A stretch of DNA of 64,000 nucleotides from Alphaproteobacteria bacterium (GCA_963665325.3 OZ224045.1:2176001-2240000); one strand, 5' to 3'. Counted from the first letter of the stretch, positions 19,235-29,151 are shown. Translations and numbers: made by a program. Notes: a model not told the origin generated them from the sequence alone.

Positions 19235-19608
19235 GGGAACAGAGAGGCGGTCTTCTGGGGCCGCCTTTCGGCTTTTCTGCGCAGGAGAGCGGCTGGGGCC
19301 GCAAAAAGGCCCCGGCGGGAGCGGACAGGAGACGTGCGTCCGGCGCTTGCCTCGTGCGCGGGCGCAATCAGGCGCGCGAACCGCGCCGGCGCCAACGCGC
19401 TCGCCCGCGCGCGATACGCGCGAAAAAGGGTCCCGCCGCCCGGGAAAAAGCTGCGGCGGAGAGAATAGATCGAAGAGGGATCGAGAGGAGAGTCCCCATG
19501 CCGAATACGCAAAGCCGGGGAACCGAAACGGAATGCTCCGGGCCCCTGTCCGAAACGACGACGTCACGACCGAAGAAACAACAGCCCATGCGCCATCCGC
19601 ATCCGGAA

Positions 19609-19638
19609 CATGACAAAACATGACACTTCATGACACAT
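19609..19638. repeat. Three CATGACA direct repeats at exact 10-bp period
   Basis: CATGACAAAA-CATGACACTT-CATGACACAT at 19609, 19619, 19629. Confidence 0.85.
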
Positions 19639-20515
19639 CGCGGCGTCTCCTCCGAAGGCGCAGGACCATCTGCATCCACACGATGCCGCTCAGCACCATG
19701 AGGGCCCCGCACCATTGCCAAGGGCCGAGCCGCTCGTCATAGAGCGCCCAGGCGGCGAAGATGCTGGTGAGCGGCTGGAGGTTGTTCAGCATCGCGGTAT
19801 TCTCCGCCCCGGCAAGGCGCACGGCGGCGTAGTAGAGCGGGATCGAGGAGACCTGGCAGAGGATCACGACAAGGCAGCCGGCCCAGCCCGACCCGGTCAC
19901 AGGCAGTCGGGCTTCTCCGGAGAAGAGGGCGATCGGCACAAGGATCGCCGCCGCCACCGCCGAGAACCAGAACATCACCGGCATCGGGTCCGCATGCGCC
20001 AGGCCGCGTGCCAGCCACAGCACGCTGACCGAACAGGCCACACCGGCCGAGACGCCGAGGAACACGCCGGAGGGGTCGAGGCCGTCGAAGCCGACGCCGA
20101 GCGCGAGCCCGACGCCTGCAAAGGCGAGCGCCAGCGCGCCCATGACCGCCGCGCTCGGCCAGCGCCGGTCGAGTGCAGCGGAGAACACGCCGACCAGCGG
20201 CGGGTAGACAAAGAAGCAGAGCGCGGCGAGTCCGACCGGGATCGTCTCCACCGCCGCGATATTGCCGTAGAACATGTGCGCTGCCAGCACGCCGAGCCCG
20301 AGGCAGGAGAGCATGTCGCGCCGCGGCAGGCGCAGGTTGCGCCGGGTCGCCACGCAGATGATCCAGAGCATCAGCGCCAGCAGGACGGCGCGCACGGGCG
20401 AGATCGCGATCGGCGTCGCGCCTCCCTCATAGGCCGCGCGCGAGGCCGCGATCGCCAGCCCGAGGCCGAGCGAGGATGCGACGGCGAACAGATATCCCCG
20501 CCGGACGGGCGTCAC
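19628..20515 (-). CDS. DMT/EamA family transporter
   Basis: About 10 hydrophobic segments; FFVYPPLV, NNLQPLTS, QWCGALMVLSG; GTG start estimated. Confidence 0.88.
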   Translation of the reverse strand: MTPVRRGYLFAVASSLGLGLAIAASRAAYEGGATPIAISPVRAVLLALMLWIICVATRRNLRLPRRDMLSCLGLGVLAAHMFYGNIAAVETIPVGLAALCFFVYPPLVGVFSAALDRRWPSAAVMGALALAFAGVGLALGVGFDGLDPSGVFLGVSAGVACSVSVLWLARGLAHADPMPVMFWFSAVAAAILVPIALFSGEARLPVTGSGWAGCLVVILCQVSSIPLYYAAVRLAGAENTAMLNNLQPLTSIFAAWALYDERLGPWQWCGALMVLSGIVWMQMVLRLRRRRRDVS

Positions 20516-20612
20516 CCGCTTGCCGCCGCTCCGGGGAAGGGCCGGGCGCAATGCCTGTCCAGAACCATGCCGAGCCCCTATATGATGAATCGCCCGCCGG
20601 AGAGGTTTAGCA

Positions 20613-22391
20613 ATGCCCGATACCGAGCGCGAGAGCGCCACGCTGCCGGTCTGGGACCTGACCGACCTGTACACCGCGCCCGACGGCCCCGATGTCGCCC
20701 GCGACCTGGAGACAGCCGATGGCGAAGCCCGCGCGATCGCGGAGCGCTGGAAAGGCAGGCTTGCCGGACTCGACGGCGACGGGCTGGCGGAGGCGGTGGA
20801 GGCTTACGAAGGGCTCCACGAACGGCTCTCGCGGCTGGTGAGCTATGCGAGCCTGCTGCGCGCCGGCGACATGACATCGCCGGAGACCGGCCGCTTCCAT
20901 CAGTCCATCCAGGAGCGCTTTGCCGAGATTGCGACGCACACTGTGTTCTTCCAGCTTGAACTCAATGCCATCGACGAAGCCGTCCTTGCGGTCCAGCTGG
21001 AAGGGAGCGAACGCCTCCGCCGCTACCGCCCCTGGCTGGAGCAGAGCCGGTCCTTCCGCCCCCACCAACTGGCGGAGGACATGGAGCGCCTGATTCTGGA
21101 CCGCGACGTGGCAGGCTCCTCGGCCTGGACGCGGCTCTTTGACGAGACGCTCGCCGCGCTACGCTTTCCGTTCCGCGACCGTCGGTTCAGCATGGAGGAA
21201 GCGCTCGACAGGCTCTCCGACGCCGATTCCGGAGTGCGGAAGGCGGCGGCCTCAACGCTCTCCACCGTGCTCGGGGAAAATACCCGGCTGTTCGCGCATA
21301 TCCTGAACACGCTCCTCAAGGACAAGGAGATCGACGACCGCTGGCGCGGCTTCTCCCGCCCCGTCTCCGCGCGCAACCTTCAGAACCGGGTCGAGGACGA
21401 GGTGGTCGATGCGCTGGTCGCATCGGTAAAGCGGGCCTATCCCGGCCTTTCCCATCGCTACTACCGGCTAAAGGCCGAATGGTTGGGGGGCGGCAAGCTC
21501 GCCTGGTGGGACCGCAATGCGCCTCTGCCGGAGGCGGATAGTCGAGAGTTCTCCTGGCCCGAGGCGAAACGCGTCGTGCTGGACGCCTATGGCGGGTTCT
21601 CGCCCGAAATGGCGCAGGTCGCGCGGCGCTTCTTCGACAATGCCTGGATCGACGCGCCGCCCCGGCCAGGCAAGGCGCCGGGGGCGTTCTCGCATTCGAC
21701 CGTGCCGGGCGCGCATCCCTATGTGCTGCTCAACTACCAGGGCAAAGCCAGGGATGTGGCGACGCTCGCGCATGAGCTTGGCCACGGGGTGCATCAATCT
21801 CTGGCTGCCGGGCAGGGCCATTTTCTCGCCGGCACGCCGCTCACACTCGCTGAGACGGCGTCGGTCTTTGGAGAGATGCTGACCTTCCAGTCGATGCTGA
21901 AGACGGCCCCGCCAGAGGGCCGGCGCGCGCTGCTCGCCGGCAAGGTCGAGGACATGCTGAACACCGTCGTGCGCCAGATCGCCTTCTACGAGTTCGAGCG
22001 AAGGCTCCATGAGACGCGGGCGGGCGGCGAGCTGACGGCGGACGATATCGGCGACATCTGGATGGAGACGCAGCGCGAAAGCCTCGGCGACGCCTTTGCC
22101 TATGACGATTCCTACCGGGTCTTGTGGACCTATATCGGCCACTTCATCCACGCGCCCTTCTATGTCTATGCCTACGCCTTCGGCGACTGCCTGGTGAACG
22201 CCCTCTACGCGGCCTATGAGGACGGGAGCGAAGGGTTCGAGGCCAAATATCTCGACATGCTCGCGGCCGGCGGGTCGAAACGCCACGGCGAGTTGCTGGC
22301 CCCGTTCGGCCTCGACGCCCGCGACCCTGCATTCTGGGACCGGGGGCTCGCGCGCATCGCCGCCTTCGTGGACGAGCTGGAAGCCGCATGA
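20613..22391 (+). CDS. pepF: M3B oligoendopeptidase F
   Basis: WDLTDLY, GKAPGAFS, TLAHELGHGVH, LAETASVFGE, FYVYAYAFG. Confidence 0.93.
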   Translation: MPDTERESATLPVWDLTDLYTAPDGPDVARDLETADGEARAIAERWKGRLAGLDGDGLAEAVEAYEGLHERLSRLVSYASLLRAGDMTSPETGRFHQSIQERFAEIATHTVFFQLELNAIDEAVLAVQLEGSERLRRYRPWLEQSRSFRPHQLAEDMERLILDRDVAGSSAWTRLFDETLAALRFPFRDRRFSMEEALDRLSDADSGVRKAAASTLSTVLGENTRLFAHILNTLLKDKEIDDRWRGFSRPVSARNLQNRVEDEVVDALVASVKRAYPGLSHRYYRLKAEWLGGGKLAWWDRNAPLPEADSREFSWPEAKRVVLDAYGGFSPEMAQVARRFFDNAWIDAPPRPGKAPGAFSHSTVPGAHPYVLLNYQGKARDVATLAHELGHGVHQSLAAGQGHFLAGTPLTLAETASVFGEMLTFQSMLKTAPPEGRRALLAGKVEDMLNTVVRQIAFYEFERRLHETRAGGELTADDIGDIWMETQRESLGDAFAYDDSYRVLWTYIGHFIHAPFYVYAYAFGDCLVNALYAAYEDGSEGFEAKYLDMLAAGGSKRHGELLAPFGLDARDPAFWDRGLARIAAFVDELEAA

Positions 22392-23722
22392 GCGACGACA
22401 CGGCCAGTCTCGGCGGCCAGATGCGCCGCTATGCGCGGGTCGGTGGCGCGGTCGGCGGGCTCGCGGCGAACTATGCGGGCCGGCGGCTCCTCGGGCGAAA
22501 GATCGAGCACGATGCCCATGCGCGCGAACTGGCGGCCGCGGTCGGCGGCCTTAAGGGCCCGCTGATGAAGGTCGCGCAGATACTCGCCACCGTCCCGGAC
22601 GCGCTGCCCTCCGCCTATGCCGAGGAGTTGCGCCAATTGCAGGCCGACGCGCCTTCGATGGGCTGGCCGTTCGTTCGACGGCGCATGGCGGGCGAATTGG
22701 GACAGAGGTGGCAGGAGCGCTTCCGGGACTTCGAGCGCAGCGCCGCCCATGCGGCATCGCTCGGCCAGGTCCATCGCGCGACCGCCCCGGACGGAACGCG
22801 GCTCGCCTGCAAGCTGCAATATCCCGACATGGCCGCAGCCGTCGAGGCGGACCTCAAGCAATTGCGCCTGGTGCTGGCCATTTACGAGCGCCGCGACAAG
22901 GCTGTGCGTACCGAAAGCATCTTCCAGGAGCTGTCGGAGAGGCTGCGGGAGGAACTCGACTATCGCCGCGAGGCGAACCACATGCGCCTCTACGGTGCCA
23001 TGCTGGCCGGCGAATCCGGCGTGACGGTGCCGGAGCCGGTGGACGCGCTTTCGACCGGCCGCCTGCTCACCATGACCTGGGTCGACGGGCGCCCGCTGCT
23101 GGAGGCCGTGGACCTGCCGGTGGATGCGCGCAACCGGCTGGCGGAGCGCATGTTCCGCGCCTGGTATGTGCCCTTTTACGACTGCGGTGTCATCCACGGC
23201 GACCCGCATCTCGGCAACTATTCGATGCGGGAGGATTTCGGCATCAACCTGCTGGACTTCGGCTGCATCCGGGTATTCCCGCCGTCCTTCGTGAAGGGCG
23301 TCATCGACCTCTACCGCGCGATCCGGGACGGCGACGAGGCGCTGGCGGTCTCCGCCTATGAATCCTGGGGTTTCGAGAACCCGTCGCGCGAACTCATCGA
23401 GGTGCTGAACATCTGGGCCGAGTTCCTCTACGCCCCGTTGCTGGAAGACCGCGTCCAGCGCATTCAGGAAAACGAAAGCGGTCTCTACGGCGCCACCGTG
23501 GCGGCCAAGGTCCACCGCGAACTTAGGCGGGTAGGCGGCGTTAGCCCGCCGCGAGAATTCGTGCTGATGGACCGCGCCGCCATCGGCCTCGGCTCCGTCT
23601 TCATGCGGCTGCGTGCCGAAATCAACTGGCATCGCCTCTTCCATGGCCTGATCGATGGTTTCGAGGTGGATGCTCTGGCGGCGCGGCAACGGTCCGCCCT
23701 GGAGACGGCAGGGCTCGAATAG
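22388..23722 (+). CDS. ABC1/AarF/UbiB family atypical kinase
   Basis: LKGPLMKVAQ, AASLGQVHRA, KLQYP, HGDPHLGN, LDFG. Confidence 0.93.
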   Translation: MSDDTASLGGQMRRYARVGGAVGGLAANYAGRRLLGRKIEHDAHARELAAAVGGLKGPLMKVAQILATVPDALPSAYAEELRQLQADAPSMGWPFVRRRMAGELGQRWQERFRDFERSAAHAASLGQVHRATAPDGTRLACKLQYPDMAAAVEADLKQLRLVLAIYERRDKAVRTESIFQELSERLREELDYRREANHMRLYGAMLAGESGVTVPEPVDALSTGRLLTMTWVDGRPLLEAVDLPVDARNRLAERMFRAWYVPFYDCGVIHGDPHLGNYSMREDFGINLLDFGCIRVFPPSFVKGVIDLYRAIRDGDEALAVSAYESWGFENPSRELIEVLNIWAEFLYAPLLEDRVQRIQENESGLYGATVAAKVHRELRRVGGVSPPREFVLMDRAAIGLGSVFMRLRAEINWHRLFHGLIDGFEVDALAARQRSALETAGLE

Positions 23723-23958
23723 ATTCCGGCTGGCACGATTATCTCCGACGGCGCACGGTAGGTGCGACATTTTTGCTTGCGGGCTGACCCGTATCGGTTG
23801 CAGGCTCGCATTGGTGCCGTCAATGCAACGGTGATCGCGTTTGCCCGCTTTGCGTTCGGGCGATGCATGGCCGGGGCGCGAGAACGGCCTTTGCGAAAGT
23901 CGGATTCCGGCAGGGTATCGAAGACGGCTTCCCGCAACGGCGAAAGGGAGACGACGTC

Positions 23959-25593
23959 ATGGCAGGGAACCGACCTGAGGCGCTGGTGGCGGAAAGGGGG
24001 CTGATGAAGGGCCTTCACTCCGGCATGGGATTCGCGGCGAAAGGCATGGTGGCCGCTTTTGTCGTGTTCACCGTGCTGAATGTCGAGTTCGCCAACGGCA
24101 TCTACTCGGCGGTCCGGGACTGGATCCAGGTGTCTCTGGCCTGGTACTACATTCTCATCGTCGTCTTCCTGGTGTTTGTCTGCCTCTACCTGCTGTGTTC
24201 GCGGCACGGATCGGTCCGCCTCGGGGACGACGATTCGCGGCCGGAGTTCAGTAATTTCTCCTGGTTCGCAATGCTGTTCTCCGCCGGCGTCGGCATCGGC
24301 ATCCTGTTCTTCGGCGTGGCGGAGCCGATCTTCTATTTCGACAACTCCGGCGCCTTCGGCTATCCGAACAACCCCCATGCGGATGCGGTCGGCGTGACCG
24401 ACATGGACATGAATCGCGCTGTCCATGCCATGCGCGTGACTTATTTCCACTGGGGATTCCACGGCTGGGCAATCTACGTGATCATTGGGCTCTGCCTGGC
24501 CTATTTCGGTTTCCGGAAGAAGCTGCCGCTTACCATGCGCTCGGCGCTCTACCCGATTATCGGCGACCGCATCTACGGCCCCATCGGGCACGGCGTGGAC
24601 CTGCTTGCGGTGTTCGGCACCGTGTTCGGCGTGGCCACCTCGCTCGGCCTCGGCGTGACCCAGATGGCGACCGGCATGAATGTGCTGTTCGGCGTCGATC
24701 CCGGCATCGCAACGCAGCTCGTGCTGATCGTGGTCATCTCGATCGTCGCGACGATCTCGGCCGTTTCGGGAGTTGGCAACGGGATCCGCATCATCTCGGA
24801 GTGGAATATCTGGCTCTCGGTGGTGCTGCTGGCGTTCTTCCTGTTCTTCGGGCCGTTCAAATGGCTGATGGGGTTCTTCGTGACCTCCATCGGCGACTAC
24901 ATCTGGAACGTGATCCCGATGGGCTTCTGGACCGCCGGCACCGATGCGGAGATCGCCTGGCAGGGCGGCTGGACCATCTTCTACTGGGGCTGGTGGATTT
25001 CCTGGGCGCCCTTCGTCGGCATGTTCATCGCCCGCATCAGCCGTGGGAGGACGATCCGCCAGTTCATGGTTGGCGTGCTGTTCGTGCCGACCACCATCGC
25101 CTTCTTCTGGCTGTGCATGTTCGGCGGCAACGCCATGTACATGGAGCTCATGGCAGAGGGCGGCGTCGGTACGGCCGGCATCGTCGATCTGGTGAAGGCA
25201 TGGAACCTGCCGTCGGCGCTTTACGGCACCATCGACCGGTTGACCGATATCGGGGCGCTGCAATGGCTGATGTCGGCGCTGGCGACCCTGCTGCTGGCAA
25301 CCTGGTTCATCACCTCGTCGGACTCGGGCACGCTGGTCATCACCACCATGCTGTCCATGGGCGACGACAACCCGCCGCAACGCTTCCGCATCGTCTGGGG
25401 CCTGGGCGAGGGCTTCGTCGCGGGCGTGCTGCTGCTGGCCGGCGGCCTCAAGGCGCTTCAGACCGCCTCCATCGCAGCGGCGCTGCCGATCTCGGTCATC
25501 ATGCTGTTCATGACCTACGGCTTGATAAAGTCGCTGTCGGAGGACAGCTCGGCCGTGCCGGCTGAGGGGAAAGCCGAGGCGGCGCCTGCCTGA
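23959..25593 (+). CDS. BCCT family betaine/choline/carnitine transporter
   Basis: SWFAMLFSAGVGIG, FHWGFHGW, WTIFYWGWWISWAPFVGMFIARISRGRT. Confidence 0.96.
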   Translation: MAGNRPEALVAERGLMKGLHSGMGFAAKGMVAAFVVFTVLNVEFANGIYSAVRDWIQVSLAWYYILIVVFLVFVCLYLLCSRHGSVRLGDDDSRPEFSNFSWFAMLFSAGVGIGILFFGVAEPIFYFDNSGAFGYPNNPHADAVGVTDMDMNRAVHAMRVTYFHWGFHGWAIYVIIGLCLAYFGFRKKLPLTMRSALYPIIGDRIYGPIGHGVDLLAVFGTVFGVATSLGLGVTQMATGMNVLFGVDPGIATQLVLIVVISIVATISAVSGVGNGIRIISEWNIWLSVVLLAFFLFFGPFKWLMGFFVTSIGDYIWNVIPMGFWTAGTDAEIAWQGGWTIFYWGWWISWAPFVGMFIARISRGRTIRQFMVGVLFVPTTIAFFWLCMFGGNAMYMELMAEGGVGTAGIVDLVKAWNLPSALYGTIDRLTDIGALQWLMSALATLLLATWFITSSDSGTLVITTMLSMGDDNPPQRFRIVWGLGEGFVAGVLLLAGGLKALQTASIAAALPISVIMLFMTYGLIKSLSEDSSAVPAEGKAEAAPA

Positions 25594-25605
25594 ACGGTCC
25601 CGGGC

Positions 25606-25636
25606 CGCCGAGTTCGCGTTTCAGCTCAACTCGGCG
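25606..25636. terminator. Hairpin between convergent BCCT and dioxygenase genes; left 19 bp duplicate the icd 3' end
   Basis: CGCCGAGTT...AACTCGGCG 9-bp stem; 25606-25624 identical to 26589-26607. Confidence 0.55.
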
Positions 25637-25679
25637 TTCGGGAATCCGGCGGTGCTGGGCCGGTCCGGGCCGGCTTCGC

Positions 25680-26465
25680 TCACCCGGTTGCGCCTGCGAG
25701 CAGGCAGGCGTCGGCGAGCGGCACGACCGGGCTCAAGTCGCGGTGATGCTGGTGCTCGGGCCGCTTGTGGCAGGTCAGCGCGTTAGAGACCGGGTTGAGG
25801 ATCAGCGAGAAGATCGTCCGCGGCCAGGGCGTCATGTTGATGGATGAGCCATGCACCAGCGTGTCGCCGAAGATCAGCACCGTGCCTGGCGGTCCCTTGG
25901 CGGCGACCAGACCGCCCTCGGCCACGAGGTCGGCCACGGTTTCGTTGTCGACCACCCAGAGCGGATAGCTCGTCGTCTCGGTATCCAGCGTCGCCGGCGC
26001 GGCCCCGCGCTTGTGCGAGCCGCGGATGAAGACGATCGGTCCGTTGAACTCCGTCACCTCGTCGAGCAGCACATGGAGGTTGAGCGCCAGGGGTTCCGGC
26101 ACGCCGTCCTCCCCGTGATGGGTGGCAAAATCGTAGTGCCATTGCCAGACGTCGCCCGAGAACGCCTCCTTGGCATTCACCTTGACCTGCTGAATGTAGA
26201 GGTCGTCGCCGAGGATCTGCCGGGCAGGCTCCACGAGACGCGGATGGCGGACGAGGCGGGCATAGACGTCGCTGCGCCGGTGCAGGGCCATGGCTGTGCG
26301 CACTGCATCGCTCCGCTTCTCCCGGAAGTTCTCCGGCCGGTGCTCGGCGAACAGGCGCGGCAGCTCCGCCTTCAGGACCTCGACCTCGTCGCACGAGAAC
26401 AGCGACGGCAGAATGAGGAACCCGTCGTCCCGGAACTGCGCGATCTGCGTATCCGTCAACTTCAT
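25680..26465 (-). CDS. PhyH-family 2OG-Fe(II) dioxygenase, EctD/proline-hydroxylase-like
   Basis: WQWHYDFATHHGEDGVP (HxD), FIRGSH, LVHGSSINMTPWPR. Confidence 0.88.
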   Translation of the reverse strand: MKLTDTQIAQFRDDGFLILPSLFSCDEVEVLKAELPRLFAEHRPENFREKRSDAVRTAMALHRRSDVYARLVRHPRLVEPARQILGDDLYIQQVKVNAKEAFSGDVWQWHYDFATHHGEDGVPEPLALNLHVLLDEVTEFNGPIVFIRGSHKRGAAPATLDTETTSYPLWVVDNETVADLVAEGGLVAAKGPPGTVLIFGDTLVHGSSINMTPWPRTIFSLILNPVSNALTCHKRPEHQHHRDLSPVVPLADACLLAGATG

Positions 26466-26583
26466 GGGATTTTCCGCGGCCGACAGGCGCCAGCGTGCGC
26501 CAGGACCGGAAGGTTAGCCCGGACTCCTCACCGAGGCCACGGCCTACGTCTCTGTCGTGCAGGCAGGGAAGAACGGCCGCGGC

Positions 26584-27801
26584 TCAGGCGCCGAGTTCGC
26601 GTTTCAGGTTGCGGTCCACGGCGTCGAGAAAGCCGGTCGTGCTGAGCCAGCCCTGGTCCGGCCCGGCCAGCAATGCCAGGTCCTTGGTCATCTCGCCGCC
26701 TTCCACGGTCCCGATGCAGATCCGCTCCAAGGTGCGCGCGAACTCGGAGACCTCCGGCGTCCCGTCGAACTGGCCGCGATAGTCGAGTCCCCGCGTCCAC
26801 GCGAAGATCGAGGCGATGGAGTTGGTCGAGGTCTCGTTGCCCTGCTGGTGCTGGCGGTAGTGTCGGGTGACGGTGCCGTGCGCTGCCTCGGCTTCGATGG
26901 TCTTGCCGTCCGGCGTCATCAGCACCGAGGTCATGAGGCCGAGCGAGCCGAAGCCCTGGGCCACCGTATCCGACTGCACATCGCCGTCGTAATTCTTGCA
27001 GGCCCAGACATAGCCGCCTTCGAGCTTCATCGCCTGCGCCACCATGTCGTCGATCAACCGGTGCTCGTACCACAGCCCGGCTGTCTCGAAGCGGTCCTTG
27101 AACTCCGCCTCGAAGACCTCCGCGAAAAGGTCCCGGAAGCGTCCGTCATAGGCCTTCAGGATCGTGTTCTTGGTGGACATGAAGCAGGGATAATTGCGCA
27201 TCAGCGCATAGTTGAAGCAGGAGCGCGCGAAACCCCGGATCGACTCGTCGAGATTGTACATCGACATGGCGATGCCGCCGCCGGGGAAGTCGAACACCTC
27301 GCGCTCGATCGCCTCGCCGCCGTCCTCCGGCTCGAAGCGGATGGTGAGTTTGCCTTTGCCCGGCACGACGAAATCGGTGGCCCGATACTGGTCTCCGTAG
27401 GCATGGCGGCCGATGATGATCGGCTTGGTCCAGCCCGGCACCAGGCGCGGCACGTTCGAGCAGATGATCGGCTCGCGGAAGACCGTGCCGTTGATGATGT
27501 TCCGGATCGTGCCGTTGGGCGAGCGCCACATGGCTTTCAGGCCGAATTCCTCGACCCGGTCCTCGTCCGGCGTGATCGTCGCGCATTTGACGCCGACACC
27601 ATATTTCTTGATCGCGTTGGCCGAGTCGACGGTGATCTGGTCGTCGGTCTCGTCGCGCTTCTGGATCGACAGGTCGTAATATTTCAGGTCGATATCGAGA
27701 TAGGGCAGAATCAGCTTTTCCTTGATGAACTCCCAGATGATTCGCGTCATCTCATCGCCGTCGAGCTCGACGACGGGGGTTACGACCTTGATCTTGCTCA
27801 T
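26584..27801 (-). CDS. icd: NADP-dependent isocitrate dehydrogenase
   Basis: [47 protein letters not shown]. Confidence 0.98.
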   Translation of the reverse strand: MSKIKVVTPVVELDGDEMTRIIWEFIKEKLILPYLDIDLKYYDLSIQKRDETDDQITVDSANAIKKYGVGVKCATITPDEDRVEEFGLKAMWRSPNGTIRNIINGTVFREPIICSNVPRLVPGWTKPIIIGRHAYGDQYRATDFVVPGKGKLTIRFEPEDGGEAIEREVFDFPGGGIAMSMYNLDESIRGFARSCFNYALMRNYPCFMSTKNTILKAYDGRFRDLFAEVFEAEFKDRFETAGLWYEHRLIDDMVAQAMKLEGGYVWACKNYDGDVQSDTVAQGFGSLGLMTSVLMTPDGKTIEAEAAHGTVTRHYRQHQQGNETSTNSIASIFAWTRGLDYRGQFDGTPEVSEFARTLERICIGTVEGGEMTKDLALLAGPDQGWLSTTGFLDAVDRNLKRELGA

Positions 27802-27930
27802 AGGCGTGCCGCTCCCGGCGTGCTTGTCGGCCGCCGCCGAGGGCTTGGCCGTACCGTGTAAAGAGGAAGGGCCGCAACATAGGCCGGCACCTGCGGGCGC
27901 GCAAGCAGTGCGCCAGCGGGTTGCTTTGCG

Positions 27931-29151
27931 TTATGGCGATCCGGCGGCGCGGAAGCGGATGGGCATGGAGACCGTGCCGCGCAGGCTGACGCCGTCGCGC
28001 CAGTCGAGCCGGTCTGCCGCGATCTCGATAGCCTCCATCGCTGCCAGCAGGCGCGGGAAGGCCAGCGCCGCCTCCAGCCGCGCGAGCGGCGCGCCGACGC
28101 AGAAATGGATGCCGAAGCCGAAGGCGATCTGCCGACCCTGCCGGCGCGCAATGTCGAACCGCTCCGGGTCCTCGAACGCCTCCGGATCGCGGTTGGCGGC
28201 ATTTAGCATCAGGAAGACGCGCTCTCCGGCCCGGATGCGTTTGCCCCCCAGTTCCAGGTCTTCGATTGCAATCCGCGATACTGCCGGCGCCGGGGAGTCG
28301 AAGCGCAGCATTTCTTCCACCGCCGCTTCGATGCGGTCCGGCTCGCGGCGCAGCAATGCCTGCTGGTCGGGGCTGAGGATGAGACGCATCAGGCCATTCG
28401 CCAACAGGCCGGTGGTCGTCTCGTGTCCGGCGAACAGCAGCAGGATGCAGTTCGCCACCAGGTCGTCGTCGGAGAGGCCGGGGCTGGCGGCGAGCTCCGA
28501 GATAAGGTCGTTGGCCGGTCGGCGGCGGCGCTCCTTCAATAGTTCGCGGAAAGTGCGGTCGAGGCCGGCCGTCGCGGCTTCGGCCCGGACATGCTTATCG
28601 GGTGCGGTCTGCGAGGAGCCGACGAAGAGCGCCAGGTCGTGGCTCCAGCGCTGTATGTCGTCCAGCCGGTCGGTTGGTGCGCCCAGGATTTCCATGATGA
28701 CGCCGGCCGGCAGCGGATAGGCGAACTCCGAAACGAAATCCATGGCTTCGCCGTCAAGCGCCTTGTCCAGCAGGGCATCGATGCGACGGGCTATCCGGGG
28801 CGACATGGCCCCAAGCGCCGCCGTCGTGAAGCGCCCGTTCAGATGGGCGCGGATGTGGGTGTGTTCGGGCGGGTCGAGGAAGACGGCCCAGCGTCCAAGC
28901 GCCCCTTCGCTGCGCTGCAACTGTTTTCGGCGCGCGGTATCGAGCCCCTGGAAATAGGCTGCCATGCGCTCGGCCGAGAATCGCCGGTCGCGCTGGGCGG
29001 CAAGGCAGTCGTCGTAGCGGGTCAGCAACCAGGCCTTCAGCCGGTCGCTCCATGCGACAGGGACTTCGGCGCGCAGCCGGGCAAGTGCCGGGTATGGGTC
29101 GGCAATTGTCGCCGGGTCGGTCGGGTTGTAGATTTCGTCGATGGCCACCAT
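27931..29151 (-). CDS. Cytochrome P450
   Basis: I-helix AGHETT, ExxR (EMLR), NRDP, heme ligand FGFGIHFCVG. Confidence 0.96.
   Translation of the reverse strand: MVAIDEIYNPTDPATIADPYPALARLRAEVPVAWSDRLKAWLLTRYDDCLAAQRDRRFSAERMAAYFQGLDTARRKQLQRSEGALGRWAVFLDPPEHTHIRAHLNGRFTTAALGAMSPRIARRIDALLDKALDGEAMDFVSEFAYPLPAGVIMEILGAPTDRLDDIQRWSHDLALFVGSSQTAPDKHVRAEAATAGLDRTFRELLKERRRRPANDLISELAASPGLSDDDLVANCILLLFAGHETTTGLLANGLMRLILSPDQQALLRREPDRIEAAVEEMLRFDSPAPAVSRIAIEDLELGGKRIRAGERVFLMLNAANRDPEAFEDPERFDIARRQGRQIAFGFGIHFCVGAPLARLEAALAFPRLLAAMEAIEIAADRLDWRDGVSLRGTVSMPIRFRAAGSP

Noticed and set aside
19609-19638. CRISPR array or canonical Pho box
   Set aside because: Units are 10 bp with no spacers and no cas genes; Pho boxes have an 11-bp period
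19225-19721. Overlapping 94-157 aa ORFs in the intergenic element
   Set aside because: Low-complexity Arg/Ala/Pro translations in several frames without RBS; only the RBS-led 41-aa ORF was kept
26499-26522. SRP (4.5S) RNA-like motif GCCAGGACCGGAAGGTTAGCCC
   Set aside because: Lacks the conserved AGCAG after the GGAA loop and I see no long enclosing helix; Infernal with RF00169 would settle it
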